Source: Alistipes onderdonkii (GTDB taxonomy: Bacteria > Actinomycetota > Coriobacteriia > Coriobacteriales > UMGS124). Taken from it: a stretch of 57,376 nucleotides of DNA. Position numbers and translations under genes: made by a program. Below the pieces are notes generated by a model, which saw nothing but the letters and a program-made list of their open reading frames with translations, searched no databases and was not told where the DNA came from. Shown here piece after piece: positions 1 to 10,122 of the stretch. Positions within the stretch are counted from its first letter, which is position 1. Every line of letters starts with the position of its first letter. The stretch spans positions 1 through 57,376 of the forward strand of contig CAVJGP010000003.1 of NCBI GenBank assembly GCA_963648855.1, read 5' to 3'.

Positions 1-761
1 ACCACGAGACCGGCCAGACCATCATCGCCGGCATGGGCGAGCTGCACCTCGAGATCATCGTCGACCGTCTGCTTCGCGAGTTCAAGGTCGAGGCCAACGT
101 GGGTAAGCCCCAGGTTGCCTACCGCGAGACCGCCGGCAAGGCCGTCCAGAACGTCGAGGGCAAGTTTGTCCGTCAGACCGGTGGTCACGGCCAGTACGGT
201 CACTGCGTCATCAACATGGAGCCCCTGCCCGCTGGCAGCGGCTACCAGTTCGAGAACAAGATCGTGGGCGGCGTGATCCCCAAGGAGTTCATCCCCTCCA
301 TCGACAAGGGCATCCAGGAGTCCCTGGGCACCGGTGTCATCGCCGGCTTCCCCACCGAGGACATCAAGGTTGAGCTGGTCGACGGTTCTTACCACGAGGT
401 CGACTCCTCCGAGGCCGCCTTCAAGGTTGCTGGCTCCATGGCCATCAAGGAGGCCCTGCGCCGCTCCAACCCCGTGCTCCTCGAGCCCGTCATGGCCGTT
501 GAGGTCGTGACCCCCGAGCAGTACATGGGCGACGTCATGGGCAACCTGTCCTCCCGCCGCGGCAAGATCGAGGGCATGGAGGACCGCAAGAACGCCAAGG
601 TCATTCGTGCCAAGGTGCCGCTGGGCGAGATGTTCGGTTACGCCACCGACCTGCGCAGCGCCACTCAGGGCCGCGCCACCTACACCATGCAGTTCAGCGC
701 CTACGAGCCTGTTCCCAAGAACATCGCTGACGAGGTTTCCAGCAAGAACGCCAAGGCGTAA
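1..761 (+). CDS. fusA: Elongation factor G, C-terminal part (5' end outside window; reading frame starts at nt 3)
   Basis: Frame 3 reads [23 protein letters not shown]... from nt 3. This is the EF-G domain III-V signature, and the gene sits directly upstream of rpsJ. Confidence 0.95.
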   Translation, partial: HETGQTIIAGMGELHLEIIVDRLLREFKVEANVGKPQVAYRETAGKAVQNVEGKFVRQTGGHGQYGHCVINMEPLPAGSGYQFENKIVGGVIPKEFIPSIDKGIQESLGTGVIAGFPTEDIKVELVDGSYHEVDSSEAAFKVAGSMAIKEALRRSNPVLLEPVMAVEVVTPEQYMGDVMGNLSSRRGKIEGMEDRKNAKVIRAKVPLGEMFGYATDLRSATQGRATYTMQFSAYEPVPKNIADEVSSKNAKA

Positions 762-836
762 AGCAATTTCAGCAGAGAAGGGGAGCGCTGAGGCGCTCGG
801 CTAAATGCCTTACCCTTGAATTTTGGAGGTATCGAG

Positions 837-1145
837 TTGGCTTCTCAGAAGATCAGGATTCGCCTGAAGGGTTTTGACCACGAGATCGTGGATCAGTCCT
901 CCAAGCTCATCGTGGACACCGCGCTGCAGACGGGTGCTAAGGTTTCCGGCCCCATCCCGCTGCCCACCGAGCGCAACCTGTACACCGTCATCCGTTCTCC
1001 CCACGTGAACAAGGACTCTCGTGAGCAGTTCGAGATGCGCACCCACAAGCGCCTCATCGACATCGTTGAGCCCACGCCTTCCACCGTTGACTCGCTCATG
1101 CGTCTCAACCTTCCCTCCGGTGTGGACATCGAGATTAAGCTTTAG
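837..1145 (+). CDS. rpsJ: 30S ribosomal protein S10
   Basis: [15 protein letters not shown]... is the typical S10 N-terminus. TTG start at 837 lies 7 nt after GGAGG (825-829); the ORF-track start at 816 is probably too early. Confidence 0.93.
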   Translation: MASQKIRIRLKGFDHEIVDQSSKLIVDTALQTGAKVSGPIPLPTERNLYTVIRSPHVNKDSREQFEMRTHKRLIDIVEPTPSTVDSLMRLNLPSGVDIEIKL

Positions 1146-1165
1146 AGATTTCGTTAAGGCGTTGT

Positions 1166-1209
1166 AAAGCACAGCCCTCTAAGATATTCTTGGAGGGCTG
1201 TGCTTTTTT
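1166..1209 (+). terminator. Intrinsic-terminator-like hairpin between rpsJ and rplC
   Basis: A 14-bp perfect stem aaagcacagccctc (1166-1179) / gagggctgtgcttt (1193-1206) is followed by a T6 run (1204-1209). Confidence 0.65.
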
Positions 1210-1295
1210 GTGCACGGTTTTCAGTTCGCGGTCCTCTAGGATTGCCCGGAAGGGCCGGGCAAAGTGTCCCAAGACCGCCCGAGGTAAGGAAGATC

Positions 1296-1916
1296 ATGAT
1301 CAACACGATTCTTGGTCGCAAGATCGGGATGACTCAGGTCTGGAACGACAAGGACGAAGTCGTTCCCGTGACCGTCATCCAGGCTGGCCCCTGCGCTGTG
1401 TCGCAGGTCAAGACTGTCGAGACCGACGGCTACTGCGCCGTTCAGATTGGTTTCGGCGACATCAAGGACAAGCATGTCAACAAGCCCATGCGCGGCCACT
1501 TCGAGAAGGCCGGCGTGAAGCCTACGCGCTATCTGCGCGAGGTTCGCGTTCCCGAGGGCGAGGAGCACTCCTGCGGCGAGGTCGTGACCGTCGCTGCTTT
1601 CGCCGACGTGGAGAAGGTCGACGTCATCGGCCGCTCCAAGGGTAAGGGCTTCCAGGGCACCATCCGTCGTCACCACTTCGACGCCGGCCGTAAGACCCAC
1701 GGCTCCCACAACTACCGTGCCCCGGGTTCGGTGGGCCAGTGCTCCCAGCCTTCCCGCATTTTCAAGGGCGTTCGCATGCCTGGTCACATGGGCGATGAGC
1801 GCGTGACCGTCCGCAACCTCAAGGTTGTCCGCGTTGACGAAGAGCAGAACCTGATTCTGGTTCGCGGTGCCGTGCCCGGCGCCAAGAACGGCTTCGTCAT
1901 CGTCCGCATGGCCTAA
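1296..1916 (+). CDS. rplC: 50S ribosomal protein L3
   Basis: MINTILGRKIGMTQVW... is the canonical L3 start. ATG at 1296 follows a GAGGTAAGGA RBS; the upstream part of the ORF is leader. Confidence 0.95.
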   Translation: MINTILGRKIGMTQVWNDKDEVVPVTVIQAGPCAVSQVKTVETDGYCAVQIGFGDIKDKHVNKPMRGHFEKAGVKPTRYLREVRVPEGEEHSCGEVVTVAAFADVEKVDVIGRSKGKGFQGTIRRHHFDAGRKTHGSHNYRAPGSVGQCSQPSRIFKGVRMPGHMGDERVTVRNLKVVRVDEEQNLILVRGAVPGAKNGFVIVRMA

Positions 1917-1958
1917 CGGGCCCCGTCGAAGTAGCCCATAGGCTTAAGGAGATAGACA

Positions 1959-2585
1959 ATGTCTACGATTGATGTCAAGAACATCGCCGGCGAGAAGGTT
2001 GCCGAGCTTGACCTGAACGAGGCCGTTTACGGCATCGTTCCCAACATCCCCGTGATGCATCAGTGCGTGCGCTACCTCATGGCTGCCGATCGCGCTGGCA
2101 CGCATGACACCAAGGGCCGTTCTGAGGTTCGCGGCGGTGGCCGTAAGCCTTGGCGTCAGAAGGGTACCGGCCGCGCTCGTCAGGGCTCGATCCGTGCTCC
2201 CCAGTGGCGCGGCGGCGGCGTGGTGTTTGGTCCCACCCCGCGTGACCACTCCTTCAACATGAACAAGAAGGAGATTAAGCTTGCTATGCGCAGCGCCCTT
2301 TCCGCCAAGGTTGCTGATGCCGAGCTCGTCATTGTCGACAAGTTTGATTTCGCCGCTCCCAAGACCAAGGATGCTGTGGCCTGCATCAAGGCTCTTGGCC
2401 TGGATGGCAAGCGCGTGACCGTCGTTCTTACCGAGGACGACATCGAGACCGCCCTGTCCTTCCGCAACCTGCCCAAGGTCACTGTCCTGTTCGACCATGA
2501 GATCGACACCTATTTCATGCTCGACAACAACGCCCTGGTCCTGGCCCAGCCCGTTGCCGCCCGTCTTGGTGAGGAGCTCGCCTAA
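1959..2585 (+). CDS. rplD: 50S ribosomal protein L4
   Basis: Synteny after rplC, the L4-like sequence (GGGRKPWRQKGTGRARQGS) and an AAGGAG RBS. Confidence 0.95.
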   Translation: MSTIDVKNIAGEKVAELDLNEAVYGIVPNIPVMHQCVRYLMAADRAGTHDTKGRSEVRGGGRKPWRQKGTGRARQGSIRAPQWRGGGVVFGPTPRDHSFNMNKKEIKLAMRSALSAKVADAELVIVDKFDFAAPKTKDAVACIKALGLDGKRVTVVLTEDDIETALSFRNLPKVTVLFDHEIDTYFMLDNNALVLAQPVAARLGEELA

Positions 2586-2881
2586 TGTCTGTTTACGATC
2601 CCCACAGCATCATCATCCGTCCTGTCGTTTCTGAGGCTGCTTTCGACAAGATGGAGCTGAACAAGTACACGTTCGAGGTCGATCGTCGTGCTGACAAGCC
2701 TGCCATCCGTCGTGCCATCCAGGACATCTTTGGTGTCAAGGTTACGCGCGTCAACACTCTGTGGGTGAAGCCCAAGCCCAAGCGCGTCCGCGCTCAGGCT
2801 GGTTACACCCGTACGTGGAAAAAGGCTGTAGTTACTGTCGCCGAGGGCGATTCCATCGAGATTTTCGGCGCTCAGGCGTAA
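2585..2881 (+). CDS. rplW: 50S ribosomal protein L23
   Basis: 98 aa in the L23 position. The start ATG overlaps the rplD stop (TAATG). Confidence 0.93.
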   Translation: MSVYDPHSIIIRPVVSEAAFDKMELNKYTFEVDRRADKPAIRRAIQDIFGVKVTRVNTLWVKPKPKRVRAQAGYTRTWKKAVVTVAEGDSIEIFGAQA

Positions 2882-2901
2882 ACTACTTCTTTGGGTTTTC
2901 T

Positions 2902-2926
2902 AGCCCGAGGCACCTGCCTCGGGCTT
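2902..2926 (+). terminator. Hairpin downstream of rplW (terminator-like, weak U-tract)
   Basis: agcccgaggc (2902-2911) pairs with gcctcgggct (2916-2925) around an acct loop, followed by ttatgttgtatt. Confidence 0.4.
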
Positions 2927-3044
2927 TATGTTGTATTCGGGTGTTGAATGGATACACCCGGAACCGTGGTTGTCCGGGGTCACAAGCGGAGGCACCTCGC
3001 CTCACTCCCATGCGCTTGTTGGCAATCGGACGAGAGGAGTGTAA

Positions 3045-3875
3045 ATGGGAGTCAAGCAGTACAAGCCTACTTCGGCTGGTAGGCGCTTCACGTCGGTCTC
3101 GGATTTCGCCGAGATTACGACCACCAAGCCCTACAAGCCCCTTCTTGAGCCTATCAAGAAGCACGGCGGCCGCAACAACAGCGGTCACCTGTCCATGCGC
3201 CATCAGGGCGGCGGCGCCAAGCGCATGTATCGTGTCATCGATTTCAAGCGCAACCATGACGGCGTGCCCGCCAAGGTCGCTACCATCGAGTACGATCCCA
3301 ACCGTAGCGCCCGCATTGCCCTCATCAACTATGCTGACGGCAAGAAGGCCTACATCCTTCAGCCCAAGGGCCTGAAGGTCGGCGACACCGTCATGAGCGG
3401 TTCTGACGCCGACATCAAGCCCGGCAACTGCCTGCCCCTGGCTGACATCCCCGTGGGTACCCTTATCCACGCCGTGGAGTTCCAGCCTGGCAAGGGCGCT
3501 GCCATCGCCCGTTCCGCTGGTACTTCCATCCAGCTGATGGGCAAGGAGGGCAAGTACGCCATCCTGCGCATGCCCTCCAGCGAGATGCGTCGCGTTCTGC
3601 TCACCTGCCGTGCCACCGTTGGTGAGGTCGGCAACGCCGAGCACGCCAACATCCGCATCGGCAAGGCTGGCCGCAACCGTCTCCGCGGCATTCGTCCTAC
3701 CGTTCGTGGTACGGTCATGAACCCTGTTGACCACCCCCACGGCGGTGGCGAGGGCAAGAACCACACTTCTGGTCGTGCCTCTGTTTCGCCTTGGGGTACG
3801 CCGAGCAAGGGTTACAAGACGCGCGCTCGTAAGAAGCGTTCTAACCACATGATCATCCGCCGTCGCAAGAAGTAA
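3045..3875 (+). CDS. rplB: 50S ribosomal protein L2
   Basis: [14 protein letters not shown]... and ...[13 protein letters not shown] are L2 signatures. Confidence 0.97.
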   Translation: MGVKQYKPTSAGRRFTSVSDFAEITTTKPYKPLLEPIKKHGGRNNSGHLSMRHQGGGAKRMYRVIDFKRNHDGVPAKVATIEYDPNRSARIALINYADGKKAYILQPKGLKVGDTVMSGSDADIKPGNCLPLADIPVGTLIHAVEFQPGKGAAIARSAGTSIQLMGKEGKYAILRMPSSEMRRVLLTCRATVGEVGNAEHANIRIGKAGRNRLRGIRPTVRGTVMNPVDHPHGGGEGKNHTSGRASVSPWGTPSKGYKTRARKKRSNHMIIRRRKK

Positions 3876-3895
3876 CCCGAGAAGGAGATACGTAA

Positions 3896-4168
3896 ATGAG
3901 TCGAAGCCTGAAGAAGGGCCCGTTCGTAGAGCCTCGCCTCCTCGGCCGCATCATTGCGATGAACGAGTCGGGCGACAAGCAGGTTATCAAGACCTGGTCC
4001 CGTGCCTCTACGATTTTCCCTGAGATGGTTGGGCACACCATCGCCGTCCACGACGGCCGCAAGCATGTGCCTGTGTACGTCACTGAGTCCATGGTTGGTC
4101 ACAAGCTGGGCGAGTTTGCACCTACTCGTACCTTCAAGGGCCACTCGGCAGATAAGGGCAAGAGGTAA
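3896..4168 (+). CDS. rpsS: 30S ribosomal protein S19
   Basis: [11 protein letters not shown]...[16 protein letters not shown] is an S19 signature, with a GAAGGAG RBS. Confidence 0.97.
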   Translation: MSRSLKKGPFVEPRLLGRIIAMNESGDKQVIKTWSRASTIFPEMVGHTIAVHDGRKHVPVYVTESMVGHKLGEFAPTRTFKGHSADKGKR

Positions 4169-4527
4169 TGAGCGAAGAGAACAAGGTTATGGAAGCCAGG
4201 GCCATCGCCCGCTACGTGAGGATCTCTCCTCGCAAGGTCCGCGTTATCGTTGACCAGATTCGCGGCAAGGGCATCGCCGAGGCTCGCACTATTCTGGCCT
4301 TCTCGGAGCGCTCCGCTGCCGAGACCGTTGCCAAGGTACTGAACAGCGCCGTCGCCAACGCCGAGCACAACTACGGCATGCGTGCTGACAGCCTGGTCGT
4401 CAAGACCACCTTCGTTGACGAGGGCCCGACCATGAAGCGCATTCGTTGCCGCGCCAAGGGTTCCGCTGCTCGTATCAACAAGCGCACCAGCCACATCACC
4501 GTCGTCGTTGCTCCGAAGGAGGCGTAA
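4168..4527 (+). CDS. rplV: 50S ribosomal protein L22 (alternative start at 4189, MEARAIAR...)
   Basis: [16 protein letters not shown] is the L22 signature. ATG at 4168 overlaps the rpsS stop; ATG at 4189 is also plausible. Confidence 0.9.
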   Translation: MSEENKVMEARAIARYVRISPRKVRVIVDQIRGKGIAEARTILAFSERSAAETVAKVLNSAVANAEHNYGMRADSLVVKTTFVDEGPTMKRIRCRAKGSAARINKRTSHITVVVAPKEA

Positions 4528-4532
4528 GTCTT

Positions 4533-5243
4533 ATGGGTCAGAAGGTACATCCTATTGGCTTCCGTCTCGGCACCACCGAGAACTGGCGCTCCCGTTGGTA
4601 CTCCGGCAAGGATTACAAGGCCACTCTGAAGAGCGACCTTGCCATCCGCAAGTTCCTCACCGCTCGTCTGAAGGACGCCGCCCTTTCTCGCGTCGAGATC
4701 GAGCGCGCCGGCGACAAGGTGAAGGTCATCATCTTCACCGCGCGCCCCGGCATCGTCATCGGCAAGAAGGGCACCGAGATCGAGTCCCTGCGTAAGGACA
4801 TCGAGAAGGTTTCCGGCAAGACCGGCGGCGAGCTTTCCGTCGAGGTCATCGAGATTAAGCGTCCCGAGCTTGACGCTACGCTCGTTGCCCAGAGCATCGC
4901 CGAGCAGCTCGAGCAGCGCGTCGCTTTCCGTCGCGCCATGCGCAAGGCTGTTCAGTCTGCCCGTAAGTCCGGCGCCAAGGGTATTCGTATCCAGTGCTCC
5001 GGTCGTCTGGGCGGCGCCGAGATGGGTCGTCGCGAGTGGTACCGCGAGGGTCGCGTGCCGCTGCACACCCTGCGCGCCAAGATTGATTATGGCACCGCCA
5101 CTGCCCATACCATCATGGGCTCTTGCGGCGTGAAGGTTTGGATCTACCTGGGCGAGAAGCTTCCCGGCCAGCCTGCTCCGAACCCTGCACTTGAGGGCGC
5201 TCCTCGCCAGCGTCGCGGTGGCCGCAACGAAGGTAGGAGGTAA
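4533..5243 (+). CDS. rpsC: 30S ribosomal protein S3
   Basis: [13 protein letters not shown]... is the canonical S3 N-terminus at ATG 4533; the ORF-track start at 4446 lies inside rplV. Confidence 0.95.
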   Translation: MGQKVHPIGFRLGTTENWRSRWYSGKDYKATLKSDLAIRKFLTARLKDAALSRVEIERAGDKVKVIIFTARPGIVIGKKGTEIESLRKDIEKVSGKTGGELSVEVIEIKRPELDATLVAQSIAEQLEQRVAFRRAMRKAVQSARKSGAKGIRIQCSGRLGGAEMGRREWYREGRVPLHTLRAKIDYGTATAHTIMGSCGVKVWIYLGEKLPGQPAPNPALEGAPRQRRGGRNEGRR

Positions 5244-5247
5244 GTAG

Positions 5248-5679
5248 ATGCTCGCACCTAAGCGTATCGCTCACCGCAAGGTGATGCGTGGTTCGATGAA
5301 GGGCAAGTCCAAGGGCTGGACCAAGCTGAACTTCGGCGATTACGGCCTGGTGGCTCTCGAGGCTCACTGGATCACGAACCGCCAGATCGAGGCCGCTCGT
5401 GTTGCTATGACCCGTTACATGAAGCGTGGCGGTCGTGTCTGGATTACCATCTTCCCGGACAAGCCCATCACCAAGAAGCCCGCTGAGACCCGCATGGGTA
5501 AGGGCAAGGGTAACCCCGAGGGTTGGGTTGCCGTTGTCAAGCCGGGTCGCGTAATGTTCGAAATCAACGGCGTTGATGAGGCCATTGCTATGGAGGCCCT
5601 GCGTCTGGCTGCCCACAAGCTGCCCATCAAGACCAAGGTCATCACCCGTGCCGAGTCTGACGCGAAGGAGACCAACTAA
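5248..5679 (+). CDS. rplP: 50S ribosomal protein L16
   Basis: [15 protein letters not shown]... is an L16 signature, with a TAGGAGG RBS. Confidence 0.96.
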   Translation: MLAPKRIAHRKVMRGSMKGKSKGWTKLNFGDYGLVALEAHWITNRQIEAARVAMTRYMKRGGRVWITIFPDKPITKKPAETRMGKGKGNPEGWVAVVKPGRVMFEINGVDEAIAMEALRLAAHKLPIKTKVITRAESDAKETN

Positions 5680-5888
5680 TGAAGCCCGCAGAGATCAGGG
5701 AGCTCGACGACAAGCAGCTTCAGGAGAAGCTCAAGGAGTGCCGTTCCGAGCTGTTCAACCTCCGTTTTCAGATGGCCACGAGCCAGCTTGACAACACGGC
5801 TCGCGTGACGAACGTCAAGAAGGATGTTGCTCGTATCCTTACTGAGATTCGTGCCCGTGAGATCGCTGCCCAGAAGAACCAGGAGTAA
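5679..5888 (+). CDS. rpmC: 50S ribosomal protein L29
   Basis: 69 aa; [27 protein letters not shown] is L29-like. The start overlaps the rplP stop. Confidence 0.94.
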   Translation: MKPAEIRELDDKQLQEKLKECRSELFNLRFQMATSQLDNTARVTNVKKDVARILTEIRAREIAAQKNQE

Positions 5889-5890
5889 CA

Positions 5891-6151
5891 ATGGCTGAGG
5901 AGCGCAACCGCCGCAAGGTTCGCCAGGGTGTCGTCACTTCCATCATGGGCGACAAGTCCGTTGTCGTGACCACCACTGAGCGCAAGCGTCACCCCAAGTA
6001 CGGCAAGATGATGACCTCGACCAAGAAGTTCCACGTCCATGACGAGAACAACGAGTGCCAGGTCGGCGACACCATCCGTATCATGGAGACTCGCCCGCTG
6101 TCTGCCACCAAGCGTTGGCGTCTGCTTGAGATCGTTGAGCGCGCGAAGTAA
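5891..6151 (+). CDS. rpsQ: 30S ribosomal protein S17
   Basis: 86 aa in the S17 position, with the motif ...[13 protein letters not shown]. Confidence 0.94.
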   Translation: MAEERNRRKVRQGVVTSIMGDKSVVVTTTERKRHPKYGKMMTSTKKFHVHDENNECQVGDTIRIMETRPLSATKRWRLLEIVERAK

Positions 6152-6161
6152 GTACCCTTTT

Positions 6162-6188
6162 GCCGGTGCGCGTCTGCGCACCGGCTTT
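6162..6188 (+). terminator. Hairpin after rpsQ (end of S10-operon block)
   Basis: A perfect 10-bp stem gccggtgcgc/gcgcaccggc with a gtct loop, then ttt. Confidence 0.55.
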
Positions 6189-6257
6189 CCCCGTGGCATG
6201 TAAGCCGCAAGATGCGGGCCTACCTCTGTCACCTGAAAGCATCATTCGGAGGATGCA

Positions 6258-6626
6258 ATGATCCAAGCAGAAACTATGCTCAAGGTCGCCGATAACTCCG
6301 GTGCACGCAAGCTGAAGTGCATCAAGGTTCTCGGCGGTTCCAAGCGTCGTTACGCCGGCGTGGGCGATGTTGTCATTTGCGCCGTGCAGGAGGCTCTCCC
6401 CGGCGGCAATGTTAAGAAGGGTTCTGTCGTGCGCTGCGTCATCGTTCGCACGAAGAAGGAGATTCGTCGCAAGGACGGAAGCTACATCCGCTTCGACGAC
6501 AACGCCGCTGTTCTGATTGACGCCGGCGGCAACCCCAAGGGCACCCGTGTCTTTGGTCCCGTGGCCCGTGAGCTCCGCGATCGCAAGTACCTCAAGATCG
6601 CTTCCCTGGCTCCCGAGACCCTTTAA
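6258..6626 (+). CDS. rplN: 50S ribosomal protein L14
   Basis: [18 protein letters not shown]... is the canonical L14 sequence. Confidence 0.97.
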   Translation: MIQAETMLKVADNSGARKLKCIKVLGGSKRRYAGVGDVVICAVQEALPGGNVKKGSVVRCVIVRTKKEIRRKDGSYIRFDDNAAVLIDAGGNPKGTRVFGPVARELRDRKYLKIASLAPETL

Positions 6627-6641
6627 GGAGAAGTGGAAGAA

Positions 6642-6962
6642 ATGGCTAAGCTTACCGTTCGCAAGGGCGACAACGTCAAGGTTCTTAACGGCAAGGATGC
6701 CGGCAAGACCGGCGAGATTATCCGCGCCCTTCCTGCTGATGGCAAGGTCGTCGTCAAGGGCGTCGCCATCGTCAAGAAGTCCGTCCGTCCTTCTCAGCAG
6801 AACCCCCGTGGTGGCATCATCTCCAAGGAGGCTGCCATCAACGTGTCCCGCGTTCAGCTCATCTGCCCCAAGTGCGGCAAGCCGACCCGCGTCGGCCATG
6901 GTGGTCAGAGCGCCGAGGGCAACAAGATCCGCATCTGCAAGAAGTGCGGCGCTGAGTTCTAA
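6642..6962 (+). CDS. rplX: 50S ribosomal protein L24 (C-terminal CxxC...CxxC form)
   Basis: MAKLTVRKGDNVKVLNGKDAGK is the L24 KOW motif. ATG 6642 is preferred over GTG 6633. The C-terminus has CPKCG...CKKCG. Confidence 0.9.
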   Translation: MAKLTVRKGDNVKVLNGKDAGKTGEIIRALPADGKVVVKGVAIVKKSVRPSQQNPRGGIISKEAAINVSRVQLICPKCGKPTRVGHGGQSAEGNKIRICKKCGAEF

Positions 6963-6999
6963 GTTCAACACGACAATTTAGACAAGTCGTGGATTATTT

Positions 7000-7089
7000 G
7001 GCCTCGTCTGGATTATTCCGGGCGAGGCCTTTATTATGTAGTGCTTGGCTCCCAGAGTGGTTCTGGGAGGTGTCGGGCGTTCCCGGCAC
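7000..7089 (+). promoter_or_regulatory. Structured rplX-rplE spacer: three consecutive hairpins
   Basis: Hairpin 1: ggcctcg (7000-7006)/cgaggcc (7023-7029), followed by tttatt. Hairpin 2: ctcccaga (7049-7056)/tctgggag (7062-7069). Hairpin 3: gtgtcggg/cccggcac (~7070-7089). Confidence 0.5.
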
Positions 7090-7117
7090 TTAAAACCCCG
7101 TAAGAGGAGAAGTATCA

Positions 7118-7666
7118 ATGGCAGATCAGCCCCGTCTCAAGACCGCTTACTTCGAGAAGGTTCGTCCTGAGCTTCAGGAGAAGTATCAGTACACGAACGT
7201 TCACCTGATTCCCCGTCTTGAGAAGATTGTTGTCAACATGGGTGTCGGCGAGGCCGCCACGGACTCCAAGGCCATCGACGGCGCTGTGTCCGACCTGCGC
7301 ACCATCACCGGCCAGCAGCCTATGATCGCCCGCGCCCGCAAGTCCATCGCCTCCTTCCACCTGCGCGAGGGCATGCCCATCGGCGCCAAGGTGACCCTGC
7401 GTGGCGACCGCATGTGGGAGTTCTTCGACCGTCTGGTGTCCATCGACATCCCCCGTATCCGCGACTTCCGTGGCTTCTCCACCAAGTCGTTCGACGGTCA
7501 CGGCAACTACTCCATGGGCGTCAAGGAGCAGCAGATCTTCCCCGAGATTCCTTATGACAAGATCGACCGCGTTCGTGGCATGGACATCACGTTCGTGACC
7601 ACCGCTACCACCGACGCTGAGGGCGAGGCCCTTCTGCGCGGTCTGGGTTTCCCCTTTGTGAAGTAA
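7118..7666 (+). CDS. rplE: 50S ribosomal protein L5
   Basis: [42 protein letters not shown] is an L5 signature. Confidence 0.97.
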   Translation: MADQPRLKTAYFEKVRPELQEKYQYTNVHLIPRLEKIVVNMGVGEAATDSKAIDGAVSDLRTITGQQPMIARARKSIASFHLREGMPIGAKVTLRGDRMWEFFDRLVSIDIPRIRDFRGFSTKSFDGHGNYSMGVKEQQIFPEIPYDKIDRVRGMDITFVTTATTDAEGEALLRGLGFPFVK

Positions 7667-7727
7667 AGGCTTTTCGCCTTTGCCTCAATAGCGTGTCTTC
7701 AGTAACGAGTGTTGTAGAGGAGGAAGA

Positions 7728-7913
7728 GTGGCTAAGAAATCGATGATCGCCGCAGCTGAGCGTGAGCCGAAGTTTTCGACTCGTCAGCACAACCGTTGCA
7801 TGCGTTGCGGGCGTCCCCGCGCCTACTATCGCAAGTTCGGTCTGTGCCGAGTCTGCTTCCGTGAGCTTGCTAGCAATGGCGAACTCCCTGGCGTCAAGAA
7901 GGCTAGCTGGTAG
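7728..7913 (+). CDS. rpsZ: 30S ribosomal protein S14 type Z (zinc-binding short form)
   Basis: 61 aa with CMRCG...CRVCFRE (the Cys4 form), a GTG start, and a position between rplE and rpsH. Confidence 0.94.
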   Translation: MAKKSMIAAAEREPKFSTRQHNRCMRCGRPRAYYRKFGLCRVCFRELASNGELPGVKKASW

Positions 7914-8005
7914 CTTAGCGTCAGGGGACCTGTTCTGATAGGCGCGACCGCTATGGGCGGAAGCGAACCTCTGGACAGTCTCATCCAGAACTATAGGAGG
8001 AACTA

Positions 8006-8404
8006 ATGAACCTGAGTGACCCGATCGCAGATATGCTTACGCGTATTCGCAACGCGAACTCTGCGAACAAGGCCACGGTCTCGATGCCTTCCAGCAAGAA
8101 GCTGCTCGAGATCGCTCGTGTTATGAAGGAGGAGGGCTACATCGCCGACTATGTCGTCGAGGCCGGCACTCCCCATGACGACCTTGTCATCACCCTCAAG
8201 TACGGCGAGCGTCGCGCCAAGGTTATCCGCGGCATCCGTCGTATCTCCAAGCCCGGCCTGCGCATCTTCGTGGGCAAGGATGACCTTCCCCGCGTCATCG
8301 GCGGCCTGGGCATCGCCATCATCTCTACGTCCAAGGGTGTTATGACCGACCGCGACGCCCGTAAGCTCGGCGTCGGCGGCGAAGTCATCGCCTACGTTTG
8401 GTAA
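8006..8404 (+). CDS. rpsH: 30S ribosomal protein S8
   Basis: [16 protein letters not shown] is an S8 signature. Confidence 0.97.
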   Translation: MNLSDPIADMLTRIRNANSANKATVSMPSSKKLLEIARVMKEEGYIADYVVEAGTPHDDLVITLKYGERRAKVIRGIRRISKPGLRIFVGKDDLPRVIGGLGIAIISTSKGVMTDRDARKLGVGGEVIAYVW

Positions 8405-8430
8405 CGGACTGCTGGAAAGGAGCAACCACC

Positions 8431-8967
8431 GTGTCCCGTATCGGTAAGAAGCCCATCCCGGTCCCTGCCGGCGTTGAAGTGACCATCAACGGTACTGACG
8501 TGACCGTTAAGGGTCCTAAGGGCGAACTGAGCAAGTCTTTCTACGAGCTGCTGACCATCGAGCAGGAGGGCAACGAGATCGTCGTTACCCGTCCTGACGA
8601 TTCTCGCACCTGCCGTGCCATGCACGGTCTTACCCGCACTCTGCTGAACAACATGGTTGTTGGCGTTTCCGAGGGCTTCTCCAAGAAGCTCGAGCTTCAG
8701 GGCGTCGGCTACCGTGTCGCTCTCAAGGGCAAGAACCTTGAGCTCGCTCTTGGTTTCTCTCACCCCGTGATTGTGGAGCCTGAAGAGGGCATCTCGTTCG
8801 AGGTTCCGGACAACACGCACATCATTGTCAAGGGCATTGACAACCAGCGCGTTGGCCAGGTTGCCGCTGACATCCGCTTCATCCGTCCTCCTGAGCCTTA
8901 CAAGGGCAAGGGCGTTCGTTACGACGGTGAGGTTGTCCGCCGCAAGCTCGGTAAGGCCTCGAAGTAG
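8431..8967 (+). CDS. rplF: 50S ribosomal protein L6
   Basis: [15 protein letters not shown]... is an L6 signature. GTG at 8431 follows an AAAGGAG RBS. Confidence 0.94.
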   Translation: MSRIGKKPIPVPAGVEVTINGTDVTVKGPKGELSKSFYELLTIEQEGNEIVVTRPDDSRTCRAMHGLTRTLLNNMVVGVSEGFSKKLELQGVGYRVALKGKNLELALGFSHPVIVEPEEGISFEVPDNTHIIVKGIDNQRVGQVAADIRFIRPPEPYKGKGVRYDGEVVRRKLGKASK

Positions 8968-9015
8968 TAGAGTAGAACCGAGGTTTTCTCTCGGTCGTAT
9001 GCGAGGAGACTTAGC

Positions 9016-9384
9016 ATGAACAAGCACAAGGCGAAGCAGGAGCGTCTCGCTCGTCGCCATCGCGCGGTTCGCGGCAAGATCTCGGGCACTCCCGCCCGCC
9101 CGCGTCTGTGCGTCACCCGTTCCAACGCCAACATCTATGCTCAGGTCATCGATGACGTTGCTGGCAAGACCCTTGTCAGCGCTTCTACCCTTGACGCTGA
9201 GTTCAAGGCTACCGGCAAGGTTGGCTCCAACAAGGAAGCTGCCACGTTTGTTGGCGAGCTTGTTGGCAAGCGTGCCGTTGAGGCTGGCATCACCACGGTC
9301 TCCTTCGACCGCGGCGGCAACCTCTACCACGGCCGCGTGGCCGCCCTCGCCGACGGTGCTCGCAGCGCCGGCCTGGTCTTCTAG
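9016..9384 (+). CDS. rplR: 50S ribosomal protein L18
   Basis: 122 aa in the L18 position; ...[13 protein letters not shown]...[12 protein letters not shown]. Confidence 0.95.
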   Translation: MNKHKAKQERLARRHRAVRGKISGTPARPRLCVTRSNANIYAQVIDDVAGKTLVSASTLDAEFKATGKVGSNKEAATFVGELVGKRAVEAGITTVSFDRGGNLYHGRVAALADGARSAGLVF

Positions 9385-9395
9385 GAGGAGAACGA

Positions 9396-9920
9396 ATGCC
9401 GCGTAATCGCCAGAATGAGACCGCTCAGCCCGAGCTGCAGGAGCGTGTCGTCTTTATCAACCGCGTTTCCAAGACCGTCAAGGGCGGTCGCCGCATGTCC
9501 CTTTCCGCTCTGGTCGTCGTGGGCGACGGCAAGGGCAACGTGGGCGTCGGCATGGGCAAGTCCGCTGAGGTGCCGCTGGCCATCCAGAAGGGTATCGAGG
9601 ACGCCAAGAAGAACATGTTCTTCATCCCTGTTACCGAGGAGGGCACCATTCCTCACGAGGTCGAGGGCCACTTCGGCGCTGGCCGCGTTGTTCTGAAGCC
9701 CGCTGTTCCCGGTACCGGTATTATCGCCGGCGGCCCTGTTCGCGCCCTTTGCGAGCTGGCTGGCATCAAGAACATCCTCGGCAAGTCCCTGGGTACGAGC
9801 AACGCCATGAACATCGTGAAGGCTGCCGCCGAGGGCTTCTCTCGTCTTGAGAGCAACGAGGCCGCTGCTGCCCGCCGTGGTATCTCCGTTGCCCAGATGT
9901 TCGTCGGCAAGGAGGCCTAA
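9396..9920 (+). CDS. rpsE: 30S ribosomal protein S5
   Basis: [27 protein letters not shown] is an S5 signature. Confidence 0.96.
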   Translation: MPRNRQNETAQPELQERVVFINRVSKTVKGGRRMSLSALVVVGDGKGNVGVGMGKSAEVPLAIQKGIEDAKKNMFFIPVTEEGTIPHEVEGHFGAGRVVLKPAVPGTGIIAGGPVRALCELAGIKNILGKSLGTSNAMNIVKAAAEGFSRLESNEAAAARRGISVAQMFVGKEA

Positions 9921-9922
9921 GA

Positions 9923-10114
9923 ATGGCTGAGCAGACCAAGACCCTGCGCATCAAGCAGGTTAAGAGCACCATCGGCTATCCTCAGGATCAGCGCGACACC
10001 ATGCGTTCCCTGGGCCTGCGTCGTATCAACAACGTCGTGGAGTTCGCCGACAGCCCCTCCGTGCGCGGTATGATCCTCAAGGTTCGTCACCTCGTCACGG
10101 TCGAGGAGATCTAG
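9923..10114 (+). CDS. rpmD: 50S ribosomal protein L30
   Basis: 63 aa; [27 protein letters not shown] is L30-like. Confidence 0.94.
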   Translation: MAEQTKTLRIKQVKSTIGYPQDQRDTMRSLGLRRINNVVEFADSPSVRGMILKVRHLVTVEEI

Positions 10115-10122
10115 GAGTAATC

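Noticed and set aside
33-761. ORF-track start at Met 33 for the first gene
   Set aside because: The same frame is open from nt 3 and already reads the EF-G sequence ([18 protein letters not shown]), so the gene is simply truncated by the window edge.
6842-6962. CxxC...CxxC zinc-ribbon tail on L24 as a novelty
   Set aside because: As far as I recall, Cys-containing L24 C-termini of the form ICPxCGKPTRV...CxKCG occur in other bacteria such as Thermus, so this is probably a known zinc-binding variant. It is noted in the feature only.
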